A DNA stretch of 63,991 bases, the filler included, from Reticulomyxa filosa (lineage: Eukaryota > Protista > Foraminifera), in assembly GCA_000512085.1 (NCBI GenBank). It is 24 parts of 24 records of this genome, joined end to end, with 100 filler letters (N's around TTAATTAATTAA, not from the genome) between each part and the next. Parts side by side here need not be neighbours in the genome. Positions count along the whole stretch, not along the records: positions 23,666 to 28,302 come from ASPP01007513.1; positions 28,403 to 30,319 come from ASPP01003169.1; positions 30,420 to 32,496 come from ASPP01018252.1; positions 32,597 to 33,800 come from ASPP01020049.1; positions 33,901 to 41,934 come from ASPP01019644.1; 19 more parts are not named here. The stretch is one strand, 5' to 3'. The translations under genes and the position numbers were made by a program. Below the pieces are notes generated by a model, which was given only the letters and a program-made list of their open reading frames with translations, was not told the DNA's origin and did no database searches. Positions within the stretch are counted from its first letter, which is position 1, and the number at the start of each line of letters is the position of its first letter. Shown piece by piece: positions 26,701 to 39,895 of this stretch.

Positions 26701-26773
26701 CAATCCTAGTATCCATACTTTCGGTCACAATGTTTCACCACCAAGTGATGCCTCGTTGCAAATAAAAAAGTGA
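23735..26773 (+). CDS. Large coiled-coil protein, multi-exon
   Basis: Successive E/K/Q-rich heptad ORFs (24135, 24573, 24827, 25467, 26093) separated by GT-AG introns. Confidence 0.7.
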
Positions 26774-27643
26774 TCTTTATAATTATTCGCTATTATTTGA
26801 TACACGATTTTTTCTGTATACATACATATAAAAAAAATATATATATAAAAAAAAATTGTTTTGATTGATAACTGCCTACACAAATGTTTCGGTTTGAGAT
26901 CGGTCTGATGCTTGTAGTTGTTCTTCTCTTTTTTTCCTCACATTCATTTCTTTTCTTGTGTTCTTCTTCCTTCAAAGAAGAATGTACGCCGCAAGATTTT
27001 GTCTGTGGCTGGGTTTTACAGCGAATTAGTTTTAACTTATGTTTTCTTTTTTTAATTCGTAAAATTGTCACCCTTTTTTTAAAATTTTTTGTTGAGTTTG
27101 CTTTGTTGGGTAATATAAACAAATATCGTACATTTGTGTCAGTATTCTTAGTTTTTCAAAAGGCTTGAAAATATCAAACTTTTTTGAGTGAAGGGAACAA
27201 CAAGTTAAAAACGGTATCTTTTGGGTAGTACATAAAATAATAATTCGTACATTTTTTATGGGCATGGCTAGACGGAAAACATATTTTTGTCTGTGAATTT
27301 TACTATTTCACTGTCTTTGTTTATAAACTTTTGTTTCCTTGCCTAACATAATTTATTTTTCTCAAAGTGTAAAAGAAAACTATCTACTGACTTTTTTTAA
27401 AAAAACTTTTTTTCCAAACAACTAAGTTTATTATACATTTAGCCCTTGTCTTTTTGGCTATATCATTACCATTTATTTTTTGATTTGAGATATTCTCTTA
27501 TGTCTAGAGAAATGTAAGTTTCATTGCCAGTTTAAATATTGCCGAAGTTAACACAAACTGTTTGGCGCTTCGTTGAAAAGGTAAAAAAAAAAATTATAAA
27601 CAATTTTTTAAAAAAAGACTAAGCTTGCAATCAAAACAAAGCA

Positions 27644-28302
27644 ATGTCTTCAGCAAACAGCGCTCCAGAAGTAAAACCTGATGAAGTTACATCCGTGCCA
27701 GAACCCGTCAAGGTTGACTCAGTTGCCAAAGAAGAACCGTCCAAAAATCCAAAATCAGCCAAGAAGCCAGGCACACCCAAAAAATCCCCTAAAGGTGGAA
27801 AGAAAGGAACTCCCAAGAAAACCACCACACCAAAGGGCACAAAATCAAAGCAAGTGAAAAAAGAACTTAAAAAAGCGAAACAAACCAAATTGGTACGTTT
27901 ACAAACTAATACAAAACAAAAAACACAAATGATTATTTGAAGTAAAGAAAGTTTAAAATTTGGAAAAAAAATCAACAAAACCCTCATAGACAAGAAGAAA
28001 AAAAACTGAAGAACGTAAAAGAGCGCGAATACGCAATGGAATTTTACGACGTGAAAAATTAGCAGCTCGCCGTGCAAAATCTCATTCCAAATTTCAAATT
28101 CGTTGTAGAAAACCAGTTGAAGATGAAATATTTGATGTTGATGAATTTGTGAAATTTTTGACAGAGAAATTTAAAATCAATGGGAAAACTGGATTAATCG
28201 GAACTAGCAAAGACGCCTCCATTCAAAAAGCAGGAAGTGCTGTTCATGTCATCAGCAAGCAACCTTTCCCAAAATATTACATTAAAGTTAAAAAAAAAAA
28301 AA
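27644..28302 (+). CDS. RPL22: 60S ribosomal protein eL22 with Lys/Pro-rich histone-H1-like N-terminal extension; 3' truncated
   Basis: Splicing intron 27893-27989 gives ...FQIRCRKPVEDEIFDVDEFVKFLTEKFKINGKTGLIG...VHVISKQPFPKYYIK, matching eL22 (F.IDC..PVED.I.D...F..FL.E.IKVNGK.GNLG). Confidence 0.85.
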
Positions 28303-28402
28303 NNNNNNNNNNNNNNNNNNNNNNNNNNNNNNNNNNNNNNNNNNNNTTAATTAATTAANNNNNNNNNNNNNNNNNNNNNNNNNNNNNNNNNNNNNNNNNN
28401 NN

Positions 28403-28945
28403 AAAAAAAAAAAAAAAAAAAAAAAAAATTAACTCAAAAAAATATTTAAATGAATGGAATGAAAGCAGGAAATCAGAAGACTGGCGCTTCCAAGCACAAA
28501 AATGTTGCGATGGCGAAAACGAGACAATGGACGCCAAAACTAATTCGCTGACAAAGCCAACCAAAGTGAATGCGATAAAAGCGATGTTGAAGGTGCGACT
28601 CACGCTCAATACGCTCTCTTCAAACACAACGTTCAAGCGAATCAACCAAAACACAAACACAAGTGTGTAATAGAATACTGGCGGAATGATGTCATGCGCC
28701 ACTCCGAAGCGGCAAAATGACAATGTCACATCGTCATGATGTTGCCGGTGTCCTAACATTACCTCTGCGTATGTCGATAATTCGAAACAAAAAAATGCAA
28801 ATAACGATGTGTGATACAAAAATAGTGCTCCCAACAGTAGCCAATGCTTTATCTCGCGGTGGTAGATGCAGTGGTAACATAAATAACAGAGAATCAATGC
28901 CTCTGTTACCGTTATTACTATGCATTCGATTGACTGATTTTGCAC
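28403..28945 (-). CDS. Multi-pass (GPCR-like) membrane protein, N-terminal part
   Basis: Four or more TM helices, with a FVFWLIRLNVVF TM3-end-like motif. Confidence 0.5.
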
Positions 28946-30419
28946 GTATATTGATAGTTGTGTATATTGTTAGGGAGGGGTTTTTTTTTTAGTAGGGACA
29001 GAAACTAGACCTCCCTGTTTTTTTGTTTTTTTTTTTTTAGAGAAAGAAGACGAGATTTTATGACATCACTGCAGTTCCCACGGATCGATACGTTTTTCTA
29101 TCTTTGAGCACAATTGCATTGAAAATAACACGAGGCGCACAGGATCTTTACACGATAAAGGAGTCACAACACGCACTTTTTGAAGACAAAGCTTTTGTAG
29201 ACAACTGTGTGAAAAGACTTGCTTTGTTTTTTCCGCGTTGGATATGGATTCATATCTTTTTTTACATAATCAATCATTGTTAAGGCGCAGTTAGAGATAA
29301 TAAACAAAAATAAAGCAGTGCGAAAAATAATTAATCAAAAACTTACAAAAAATTTCTTTTTTCAAATTAAACACCTTTTTATTATAATTATCTTAGAAAA
29401 AAAACACACTAATAAGTCAATATTATAACTCTCAATGAACATCGGAGCAATGTGCTAAATTCTCACAGTACCAACACTTTCACTTTTCTTGTTTTCGTTA
29501 TATTCTTTGTCTTTCTGTAGTGACACTACATTTCAATATTGTTAATCTTAGAAGCAGCCAACTGATTTAGATTGATTTTCTGAGTCAGTCTAGAGAATTT
29601 CCATAATGGAGAAGACAATCATTAAAATGAAAAATGAATTACTAACTCACAGATGACTCTTGTGTACATTATGTAGTTACCCAATGTCTAATCAATGAAT
29701 TGCAATGCATTGTTACATCTGCAAATGCAAACGTACCATTTAATGACTGATGTCATAGATTTGTGGAGTGTTTGGAGGTAAGAATCATGTAAATCAGATA
29801 TAATGAAATTCTAAACTCATCATAAGGAAGAACACTAAGAAATTGCTAAGATTACTTAAAGCCACTAGCAAGATAGTTAGAATATACAGAAAAGTGTAAT
29901 GTCCCTGCAAAGAATAGGATAAAACTATTGTATAATATGTTAATGCAAGCGCTGCTGGAAGCACTACATGTACCATTAAGACAACTAGTATTAATCAGTT
30001 TCACTTCTGATATTTGGTACTCTGTTTGTTTATCGATTTTTTTTACAAAAAGAAAATGTTCTGCAATAAACAATTATACCTAAATCAATTCTCGTGTATA
30101 AAATATCCTTTTCTTGATAAAGTCTGCTGTAAACTGTCACGGCTTTGTAGAGGTAACAAAGCAATGTTTGATCATTTGGCATTGATCTAATGTATTGATG
30201 ACATTTTGATAAAAAGTTTTGGCTGTCTTGTATAAATTTATCTTTTTTATCATTTTTTTGTATGCATTTATTGATTATGTTCATGCTTGATCAACCAGTT
30301 TGCTGACTGCAAACATTGTNNNNNNNNNNNNNNNNNNNNNNNNNNNNNNNNNNNNNNNNNNNNTTAATTAATTAANNNNNNNNNNNNNNNNNNNNNNNNN
30401 NNNNNNNNNNNNNNNNNNN

Positions 30420-31223
30420 TGGCCTTGCTGGCGTCGTCGCCAGTGCTGTAGGTCTGGCGGTCTTGCCAGGCGTCGTCGCTGAATTCGTGATCGTCCCATA
30501 CCGCAATCACCGGGAAGGCTGCGTGCAAGGCCTGCAGGCGGCTGTCGCTACGGAGGTTTTGTACAGCGTACGGTAGTCGGCCAGCGTGGTGGCGTAGCTG
30601 GCACCATCGCTACGCTTGGTGCCGTTGGGCAGCGTGATCTGGCTGTGGCGGCTTTCTACCTTGCCGGTCTGGAACGCCGCACCGACGGTTTCGTAGATGT
30701 AATCGCCCAGGTGCACCACGAAGTCCAGGTCTTGCTGCAGCAGCTCGTCAAACGCGGCCCAGTGGTTGACGCTCCAGTCCTGGCACGACACGAAGGCGAA
30801 CTTCAGCTGCGACAGCGGGGTGCCGGCGGCCGGCGCCGTCTTGCTGCGGCCAACCTGGCTGACGCTGCTGCCGGCGCGGAAGCGGTAGTAGTAAACGGTG
30901 CCCGGCTGTAGCGCGGTCACCTTGTGGCGCACGGTGTAATCCCACTGCACCTGGGCGGTAACGGTAACGCTGTGCAGCACGCTGGCAAAGCCGGCGCTGG
31001 TGGACAGCTCCAGCGTGACGGCGGTGTCGGCGCTGGCGTCGCCCAGCCGTGTCCACAGTACCAGGCTGTCCGGTTGCGGGTCGCCGGAGGCCACCCCCTG
31101 TGGGAAGGTATAACTGCGCGGGCTATCGCCTCCGCCACCGCTACCAAAACAGCCGCTCAGGCCCAGCGTGGCGGCGGAAACGGTCAGAAAGCCCCCGCTT
31201 TTCAGGAATTGTCTGCGATCCAT
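30420..31223 (-). CDS. phoD: Alkaline phosphatase D (PhoD), Tat-exported lipoprotein; frameshift near 30555, 3' truncated
   Basis: MDRRQFLK Tat signal, LSGC lipobox, [26 protein letters not shown] shifted frame continues to [11 protein letters not shown]. Confidence 0.92.
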
Positions 31224-31228
31224 TGCTT

Positions 31229-31233
31229 CTCCT
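31229..31233 (-). promoter_or_regulatory. Shine-Dalgarno site of phoD
   Basis: Minus strand reads GAGGAGAAGCA-ATG. Confidence 0.7.
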
Positions 31234-31471
31234 CGTGTCGTTGTTATCTGTCGTTACAGTCAGCACTGGCCAATAAGGCTAAGCTGCCTGCATGACAGGG
31301 CTTTACGCTCATACGTTTGTTTAGAGCATGGCATGGCATTTCCATAAACAGACACTGGTCCATCGCACAGGCACTTGATACCGGTCAGCAATGCCCCCAT
31401 TAAAAGAAGGTTTGCCTGTGCTACACTTTTAGCCATTTTTATCGGCCCGCTGGCCGCTGGATGTCCACACG

Positions 31472-31987
31472 ATGATTTCGACGCTTCTCAAGAAAGTATT
31501 CGGCAGCCGCAACGAACGACTGCTCAAGCAATATCGCCAGGTCGCCAACCGCATCAACGGTATGGAAAACGCCATGAAGGCACTGTCGGACGAACAGCTG
31601 GCGGCCAAGCCACGATTCAAAGAGCGTCATGCCAAGGGTAAATCGCTGGATGCCCTGCTGCCGGAAGCGTTTGCCGTCTGCCGCGAAGCCTCGCGCCGCG
31701 TGCTGAACATGCGCCACTTCGACGTACAGCTGATCGGCGGCATGGTGCTGCACCACGGCAAGATCGCCGAAATGCGTACCGGCGAGGGCAAAACCCTGGT
31801 GGGCACGCTGCCGGTGTACCTGAACGCCATTGCCGGCAAGGGCGTGCACGTCATTACCGTCAACGACTACCTGGCCAGCCGCGACGCCGGCATCATGGGC
31901 AAGCTGTACAACTTCCTGGGCCTGTCGGTGGGCGTGAACCTGTCGCAAATGCCGCACGAGCACAAGAAAGTGGCGTACGCCTGCGAT

Positions 31988-32022
<35 letters not shown>

Positions 32023-32496
32023 TTACCTGCGCGACAACATGGTGTTCAGCCTGGGCGAGAAAGTGCAGCGCGAGCTGAACTTCGCCGTGGTGGACGAAGT
32101 GGACTCCATCCTGATCGACGAAGCGCGTACCCCGCTGATCATCTCCGGCCCGGCCGAAGACAACGTGGAGATGTACCGCGCCATGAACGCGGTACCGCCG
32201 CTGCTGAAAAAGCAGGAAACCGAAGACGGCGAAGGCGATTACTGGGTGGATGAAAAAGCGCACAGCGTGCTGCTGTCCGAAGCCGGCCACGAACACGCCG
32301 AAGCCATCCTCACCCAGATGGGCCTGCTGGCCGAAGGCGACAGCCTGTACTCGGCGGCCAACATCACGCTGATGCACCATCTGAATGCCGCGCTGAAAGC
32401 CCACGCCCTGTTCCATCTGGACCAGCACTACGTGGTGCAGGACGGCGAAGTGGTAATCGTGGACGAATTCACCGGCCGTCTGATGGCCGGCCGCCG
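31472..32496 (+). CDS. secA: Preprotein translocase ATPase SecA; 3' truncated
   Basis: [78 protein letters not shown]. Confidence 0.98.
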
Positions 32497-32596
32497 NNNN
32501 NNNNNNNNNNNNNNNNNNNNNNNNNNNNNNNNNNNNNNNNTTAATTAATTAANNNNNNNNNNNNNNNNNNNNNNNNNNNNNNNNNNNNNNNNNNNN

Positions 32597-32987
32597 TTTT
32601 CCGCTCTTCCATTATTGCCATTACCGTTGCCATTCCATTGCCATTGCCATTACTTGTATCATTGTCGTTGTCATCGTTACTATTCGTATCGCTTTCATTG
32701 CCTTTTTCGTCTTTCCATTCTTCATCCAATTCTGATAAATTCGACTCGGATAGCACCAACTCAATCGGTGCTACGTGTGTCGTTGACTTCCATTTTTTCA
32801 TTGCTTTGTCCGGTGATTCCATATCTTCGTCTGCATTCTCCTTCCTCAGGTTCAATGGCTTACGCTCATTCCAGTTCTGCTGCTGCTGCTGTTTCTTTTC
32901 TTGTCTTCCACGCTTCTGGTTCGCTTTCTTACCTCTCTTCTCTGTTACACCCATTTCTCTTTCCGTTGTTGCTTTTGAAATTAACAT
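32597..32987 (-). CDS. Low-complexity charged hypothetical protein fragment
   Basis: K/Q/D/N-rich ORF running into the linker. Confidence 0.3.
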
Positions 32988-35159
32988 TTATTTTTTTAGT
33001 CTAGTTATTTTTTCCGTTTCTTTGGGTCTTGTTCTTTTGATTAGGTTTACACACAAGACATGGATCTTTATTTCATGGCTGTTTTTTTTTAACGCACGCA
33101 CTTCGTCCTTTGAACTGTTTTTTTTTTTTCAGTTGTCAAGTACTATGTTTGATATATCACTTGCTTCTCAAAGACATTCTGGTTACTATTTATTAACACA
33201 AAATTGCCACATGACATTGCTCGTAATCTTTCGCAATACTACAACTCCAAACAAAGTGTCTCGATTGTTATCCGATTTAAACACACAGTCGGAATATAAA
33301 AATTTTCTATTGCTATCTTGTCTATGCAAGAGTGTTTCTTATTGACTTTTAAACTGCTAAAAATAAAAACGTTTAGTTTCGCACACATTGCCATTTACAA
33401 AAACTGAAACTACAGAAACTTGCAAAGAATTTATCTACGACAAAAAAAGAACTTAAATCAAAAGTTAAACTTCTTTCTGATCAAACGTAAACTTCTCAGA
33501 TTTTTAAGGAGAAGCAGCATTTAAAATCGATAACATATCCAAACAAAGACCAGGGCAGGTCATAACATGCACAGCACGGCCAAGAGTCATATTGACGGCA
33601 AAATCTGATGTAAAACCTATGTTAGCATTTTTGAACAATGCCATCAACCTGTTTTTATCAAATATTTGATTACTATAAAACCAACTGCTGAACTGGGTTC
33701 AACTACACGCCCCGAGAATCTTGGAACCTTTTTCATCTAAAACTTCTTCATTATTTTTTTTCCTACGACTTACCTTTCTTTGTTGATATGTGCTTTTTTT
33801 NNNNNNNNNNNNNNNNNNNNNNNNNNNNNNNNNNNNNNNNNNNNTTAATTAATTAANNNNNNNNNNNNNNNNNNNNNNNNNNNNNNNNNNNNNNNNNNNN
33901 GCATCATCACCAGATCCCCAGTACACGCTCACTATACCCTCTGCAATGTTGTCGCATATCGTTGCTACCAGTAGCACGTACGAATAGAATATCCATTTAT
34001 CTCGTATGGCATTTGTTAGTTCCTTTTTATTGTTGTTTAGGCTGTGATTTGTATCCATCTTTTTTTTTGATACTACGGTCAAGAAAACACTGCAGCAATA
34101 AACTTTTTTGTTTCTTACGTCCCTTTTCTCTTTCGTTTAAACAAGTCATTCTCGAATGTGTGGTGATCAACGTTGTTTGCAGATAATTATAATAAGAACT
34201 ATAAGCGTAAATATAGTTCTGTGTTAATTAAATGTTGTTTTTCTAAATCAGCAAGTAAAAAAGGTTTAACAAAATTTACTATTTTGTTCATCTGTTTAAA
34301 ACTTTTATTAGAAATCAAATACATTTGGATATTTCAAGACTTGTATTTTCAAACAAGAAAAGCAAACAACTTTTCAAACTTCATAATCATGATATAGCTT
34401 ACATAAAATATAGAGTCGTAATTAAATGATATAAACTTGTTGTAATCTATTTCATCTTTTAAGGTGTAAGAGAAAGTCTAGTTAATGATTGCTATTTGGC
34501 ATGTTTTACATCAAAGTATTTCAATTTTTGATTGCAGTGCTCGTTTGTTTATGCTGGTGTTATTTGATTTTTTCTTGCGATTTTACTTGACATTTTGATA
34601 CAATGTTTGTATATCCAAAATTTTCAACTAGTACAAAAATTCTCATAATACGCAAAAAATTTTACTAATAAAAAAAATTTATGTGAGTATTTTTAAAAAA
34701 GTTTATTTTTGTGTTGTTACTGTTTTCGCGTCAAACATGTTACTACGAAATAGCTTCAAATCTTTGAATATTTTCTTCAAAATTCTTTCATATAATTTTG
34801 TGTGTTGGAATATCTTCTGTTTCAATCTTTCTCAAAATCGAATATAGGGTGTAACTTTGCATAATTAAGATTTAGACTTACTTGCTTTTTTTACGATACA
34901 AGAAATAATATGTTAAATTACAGATTCCTTGTAATGACTAATAAGATATAATAGAATTTCTTTGAAATTGCAAATATGCGACAACAAAAGGACATTTTTC
35001 TTTTTAATGGAAAAGTAGAGTCTTTTAGGATTTGAAAACAATATAGACAGTACCCCACAATAATAGCTCAAATTGATCACAGAAACTATTAAGACACAAG
35101 ATACGGCTGCAAGCAAGTATAATGTATGTTTTATTTAAATCAAGTGCACAAGTGACGAA

Positions 35160-35719
35160 AGTTTCTGGAAAAAGAAGGGCTAAACAAATTTGATCGGAGA
35201 AAATTTTCTTACCTTAAGTATATCGAAAATTTATATATTTCTTTTACAAGGTTCGCAAACTAAACTGTTTTGACAATTGAACAACTCGTCCAAATAATGC
35301 AAAACGTACGTGATTCATCTGGTCAATCAAAAACAATAGAACCAAACGGCGTGCCTAGAACGCAACAACTAAGCTTCAGTCGATATGGTGCGTACAATTT
35401 GCCAGTCCAAAGCAGCAACAAAATGAATGAAGCAATGTTCAATGCTCAAATGGGCACTATCAAACAACAGGTGCCTTCAGAAGATGAAGCAGTAGAACAT
35501 GAAATTGAGTATATCCGAACGATGAAAAATATTCGCAAGCAGATCATGCCGCAACTCGAGCAGATCATCGCTTATTATTTTGTTCCAGCCTTAGGAGCAA
35601 TGTTGCTGAAAAAATTTGGATTACCAATTCCAGTCTTGCCAGTCGTTGTTGGAGTCTCCTTTTGTTGGAAATGTAGACACGCAAAAGATATTTCCAAATC
35701 TCCATTTGTGCAGACATAA
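35160..35719 (+). CDS. Hypothetical protein with C-terminal hydrophobic segments
   Basis: 149-aa ORF preceded by a short GT-AG intron (about 35218-35250). Confidence 0.35.
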
Positions 35720-36198
35720 AAAAACATAACAATAAAATTTGTTGGAGAGATAATGAAGAGCTTCTGTGCTTTGTCGATTTGTTGTCAACTTTTTGCATTC
35801 CAAGCTATTGAATATCTTTTTAGATGAGCATATGCACACAATTGTAACCAAGCAAAAAATAGAGGAGAAGCAAAAATACGATAACAGATTTGCAAATACT
35901 TTTGAACTACATTTATTCGTTGCATATACTTAAACACTAGCCCAATGGTCTTCAAAAATAAAATTTAACAAAAGTGCCATCCTTGAAACTTGAGGAAATT
36001 TTGATGCCATTGTTTGTCGTTGTAAGAGGTTACAGAAAAGAACATTCTAATTATTAAAATTTGATCAAAAAAATGGTAAATGACTGGCGTAGATATTTCT
36101 TTCATTAATTATTAACTAAGTCGCTTTAAATACTTTTCGTAAACTTTTTGGTTGCAACTGAACGCTGTGATTGTGTTTGATAATTTTTTTTTGAAACA

Positions 36199-36948
36199 AT
36201 GGCGGAAAATGATATTGTTTGGGTTTGGATAGTAATAATTATCATTATAGTAGCAGGTGTAATTTTTTCACGGTTTTGTTATCGAAGATGCCGTGAACAC
36301 TTGTCGTTACTCGGACGAAACCAAAACACAAGAGCAGGAGGTGAATCCCAACCAACCGGAAACTACGCACTACTGCAAGATGACAACTTGAATCATCCAA
36401 CAAACAGCCAATTGCTATCAGTAATGTTAGTTCTCACGCGCCTTCGCAATCGTCAGTAACCGCTGCGTATGTAGCCCTACTATCACACCGGCAATAAGCG
36501 ACTTTCCAGTGATAAATCATCCGTCAATAACTATCATTTAAATATAAATGATGGCAAGCCAGCTTATTTGTGTAATACTTGCTCTTTTGGATCACAAGGT
36601 TAGTGATGGTTTTGTAATCACTATACTTTTGATAATTTGCATATATAAAATGTTAATGGATTCAAAAAAAAAAATTATATGTATTATACAACAAAACAAA
36701 ATCTTTGTATTATTATTGGATTAGGATCAAATTGTATAATTTGCAACAATTGGGTCGGAATTACCCCTTATCCTGCACTTCGCTGCAGTAGCTGTGCCTT
36801 TGGCAGCGAACAAGATAATTGTGCAAAATGTGGCAATTGGTGTGGAACCACCAACAATCCAGCATACTTGTGTGCTGAACACAGACTACCACCCAAAGGT
36901 GACAATTGTGTCTTTTGTAGAAGACGGTCATCCTTGAAACACAAATAA
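36199..36948 (+). CDS. N-terminal TM anchor + PHF5/Rds3-like triple zinc-knot domain (exons 36199-36420, 36475-36598, 36725-36948)
   Basis: TM IVWVWIVIIIIIVAGVIF-SR. The spliced product contains three repeats: PAYLCNTCSFGSQGSNCIIC / PALRCSSCAFGSEQDNCAKC / PAYLCAEH...KGDNCVFC. Confidence 0.65.
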
Positions 36949-37388
36949 ATGAGTGCATTGACAACATTGCAAATAAAAAACAACAAATATCAAATGTGCA
37001 AATATTAATATGGCCCTATGCTCTTCCAAATGATTTTGAATTGTGCTGTTAATCTCTTGTTTGATCGTATTCGATGTTCACCAGACTTTCTTCTTTTCAC
37101 TTCAATTTTTGTCACAAAATTTTTTTTATGGTCTAGCCACAACTAATTGGCAATAAATATGTTTGGGATATTTCTTTCGTAATTTGAACGTTTTACGTTA
37201 TTGGAGATCCTTTTATGATGTGGAAATACTTGTGCATTGCTGCTCATTTTCAAAAATGTTTTCTTTTAAAAAAAAAGAGCAAAACTTTGACATCATGAAA
37301 ACAATTTAAACGAATTTGAAAAAGGACACATCAGGAACAGAGGAAGCAATGTATTTAAGTGAATAATACTACTAAAGAGGATATATTT

Positions 37389-39441
37389 TCATACTTGATG
37401 CAAGACAACTTCTACCACTTGATAAGCAGTGATTATTTGAAAAAACAATGAATTTGCTAAATTAACATTTTTTACACAAAGCAAAAATGAAAAATTAGCC
37501 CAGAAACAACACCACAAAAGTGACATCATTGCTTGTGACTTCGAGAAGGAAAAAAAAAAGCCGATATAATAATAAAGTATCGATGAAAAAAATTTAATGT
37601 TTAAAATATAAAAAGATCGAATAGGTGTATATAAAAGAATCTTAAGGATTGGCCGGATTTGAGATGTCTTGAATACTGAAAGCAGCTTCAAGTTCATGCA
37701 ATAGATCTTTCTTGGTTGAGTTCAATTCTTGGACGAGCTATAGTTGAGGACATATTTTAATTTGAGTAAAAAAAGATAACAAAGCAAACAAATAAACAAA
37801 AAAAAAAAGATACCGTTTTCGAAATTGTTTTGTCTTGTGAATTATCTTTGAATTGATTCAAGCAAACGTCGATCAGTTCAATGAGCAGGTGTCCAGACAT
37901 GATTTTGATTTGATCATGTTGATTCATCCGAATGGCTTTGATTTCATCAATGTGCCATTGAACAGATTCGAGTTTAGATAGACCGGCGATCATTTTTCCA
38001 ATGGACACATGAAAAGCAATTAATTCTAAAGAATAATTACCAAATATCCCACGAGCGTCTTTAATTAGCGCCTTGATGTTTTTCTCAATGCTGACAGCCT
38101 TAATGTTGTACATGTTTATGATATTTTCAAGATTGAGTGACAATCCAATGGATGCAAATGTCATACGCACACACAAATACACACAAAAAGGAAGTCCTGT
38201 ATTCGCAAATGTAGCAAACCAGATGTGGTTCGGAGACGGCCAGATGGAATAAGCAAGAAAGTTGAAATGTTCTCGCGTTTAATTCCTTGTACATTTTCGT
38301 GTGATAGGGCGTAATATCGTCACTTCGATGAATGGACACAATAATCTTCAGCAGCTTATTGGCGTATTGCATGGCATTGGAATAGTCATTCATTTTGTAA
38401 TAAGTTAGTCCGAGCCCTTGTATCGCATTTGCGATTAAAACCAAAGCATCGTCCATTTGTTTTGAGTACATTTTTTCTATGGCCATGATCACATTCATTC
38501 CAAACGCTAAAAGACAAATAAACACATAAGTAAATTTGGGAAAAAAAAAAAAAAAAAAAAACTGCAAAACTGCTTTCAATACAAGATCGTCCGGCTTTAG
38601 CCAATTGGAAGGCGATTTTAAAGTAATGAGAAGACTGTACAAATTGGAGTTGCTGAAGGAGCAGATACCCTGCAAATACGTATACTTCACATACGTAGAC
38701 CCAGTAAGGTCCCCAGTCATTTCCGAACAGGGACATATCCACTGCATGATTCGATTCAATTGAGCTGTTCGAATGACAATCAAGATCTTCACGCGAACAT
38801 GGCGTGGCATTGTTGGATTGCGTTTTCAACTCGTTACACCGTTTCAGGCAACACAATGCTTTGTTGGCACAATCCAAAGCGCGATTAGACAAGTTTTCGC
38901 CTGTACTCGTCTGAGAGTAACGATTGTAAAAACTCGCCAAAATCAAAAACGCTTGGCCGATTATTAACATGAATGACAGGTCATTATCTTGCCAACAACA
39001 ACGCAACCACATTTGTGCAGTGTACTCCAGCTCTTGCGATGCACTCGTATCCATTTGCTCGTTTTCCATATTTTCGACAACTTTCTGGGTCAGACGCTTC
39101 AAACGATCCGCCATTGCCTCTTCACTCTTGCTGCTATTGCTCATCGTGTGGACAGTCACTGGGGGCATGGGCAGTTCGTGCAACGAGTTTGATTGACACT
39201 CTTTCGGCCCTTGTGGATCCGAGCTGCACGGATAAGCACTGTTATCACTAGCGTCTTGCTTGGCCTCATCTTGCCAATGACCTTCGGTCGAAGTACTGGA
39301 ACAGTCATGGTTTGTTGATATAATCGAAAGGCCCACGTCATCTAACGCTCTTTTGAACTTTTTTGTGGGGGCCCCTTCTGCACAGACCTGAGACATTTTT
39401 TCTTCGTCTTTTGTTCCTTCCATTTTCAAAAAATCTGTCAA
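37389..39441 (-). CDS. TPR-like helical repeat protein, multi-exon
   Basis: Overlapping ORFs joined by introns, with TPR-like helices such as AIQGLGLTYYKMNDYSNAMQYANKLLKI. Confidence 0.55.
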
Positions 39442-39895
39442 ATTACCTGTTGATCCACTGTCCTTTTCGTTTGGCCCTTTTTTCTCTTTTTCAGCGTCTT
39501 CTTGAGCAATTTGTTCAGACCTTTCGGTGCTAAATGATTTTTTATCTTTTTTTGTTCGATGGCTTCCGTTTTTGGACTTATGGCCATTCTTTTTTTTGTT
39601 TTTTAGTGCACAAATTAAAGCAATCCAAATACCATTTTATAATTTTCGTAAAATCAGAAAGATTTTTTTGTTTGAAGATGGACGAAAAAAAACTTGCAAA
39701 AACAAAAGAACAAAACTGCTTTCATTTTTGCACGCGCTCTTGGTGCATTCAGCATCTCTGTGTACTGTTCAAACAACCCAGTTATCATGTCCCAACATAT
39801 GCATGTCAAAAGAAGTGAAAGAGGAAGCAACAAAATAAAAAGCGATTTATGGAAATCATTTTTATTATTTTATTTTTGGATAATATTTCCTTCAG

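Larger units (their letters stand above)
30420..32496. other. Bacterial (likely betaproteobacterial) contaminant or associated-bacterium contig
   Basis: Abruptly GC-rich, intronless, with SD site and divergent phoD/secA. Bounded by linkers on both sides. Confidence 0.92.

Noticed and set aside
29794-30284. Short Cys-containing and hydrophobic ORF fragments
   Set aside because: Broken across frames with no recognisable motif; probably a decayed gene that cannot be named
31439-32428. 329-aa ORF antisense to secA
   Set aside because: Shadow ORF caused by high-GC codon bias on the opposite strand of secA
32638-33345. 235-aa Ser/Phe/Leu-rich ORF on the + strand
   Set aside because: Antisense reading of a K/E/D/N-rich minus-strand ORF plus T-rich non-coding DNA
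28403-33800. phoD/secA as horizontally transferred genes next to eukaryotic genes
   Set aside because: Adjacency exists only across artificial linkers, so there is no physical linkage evidence
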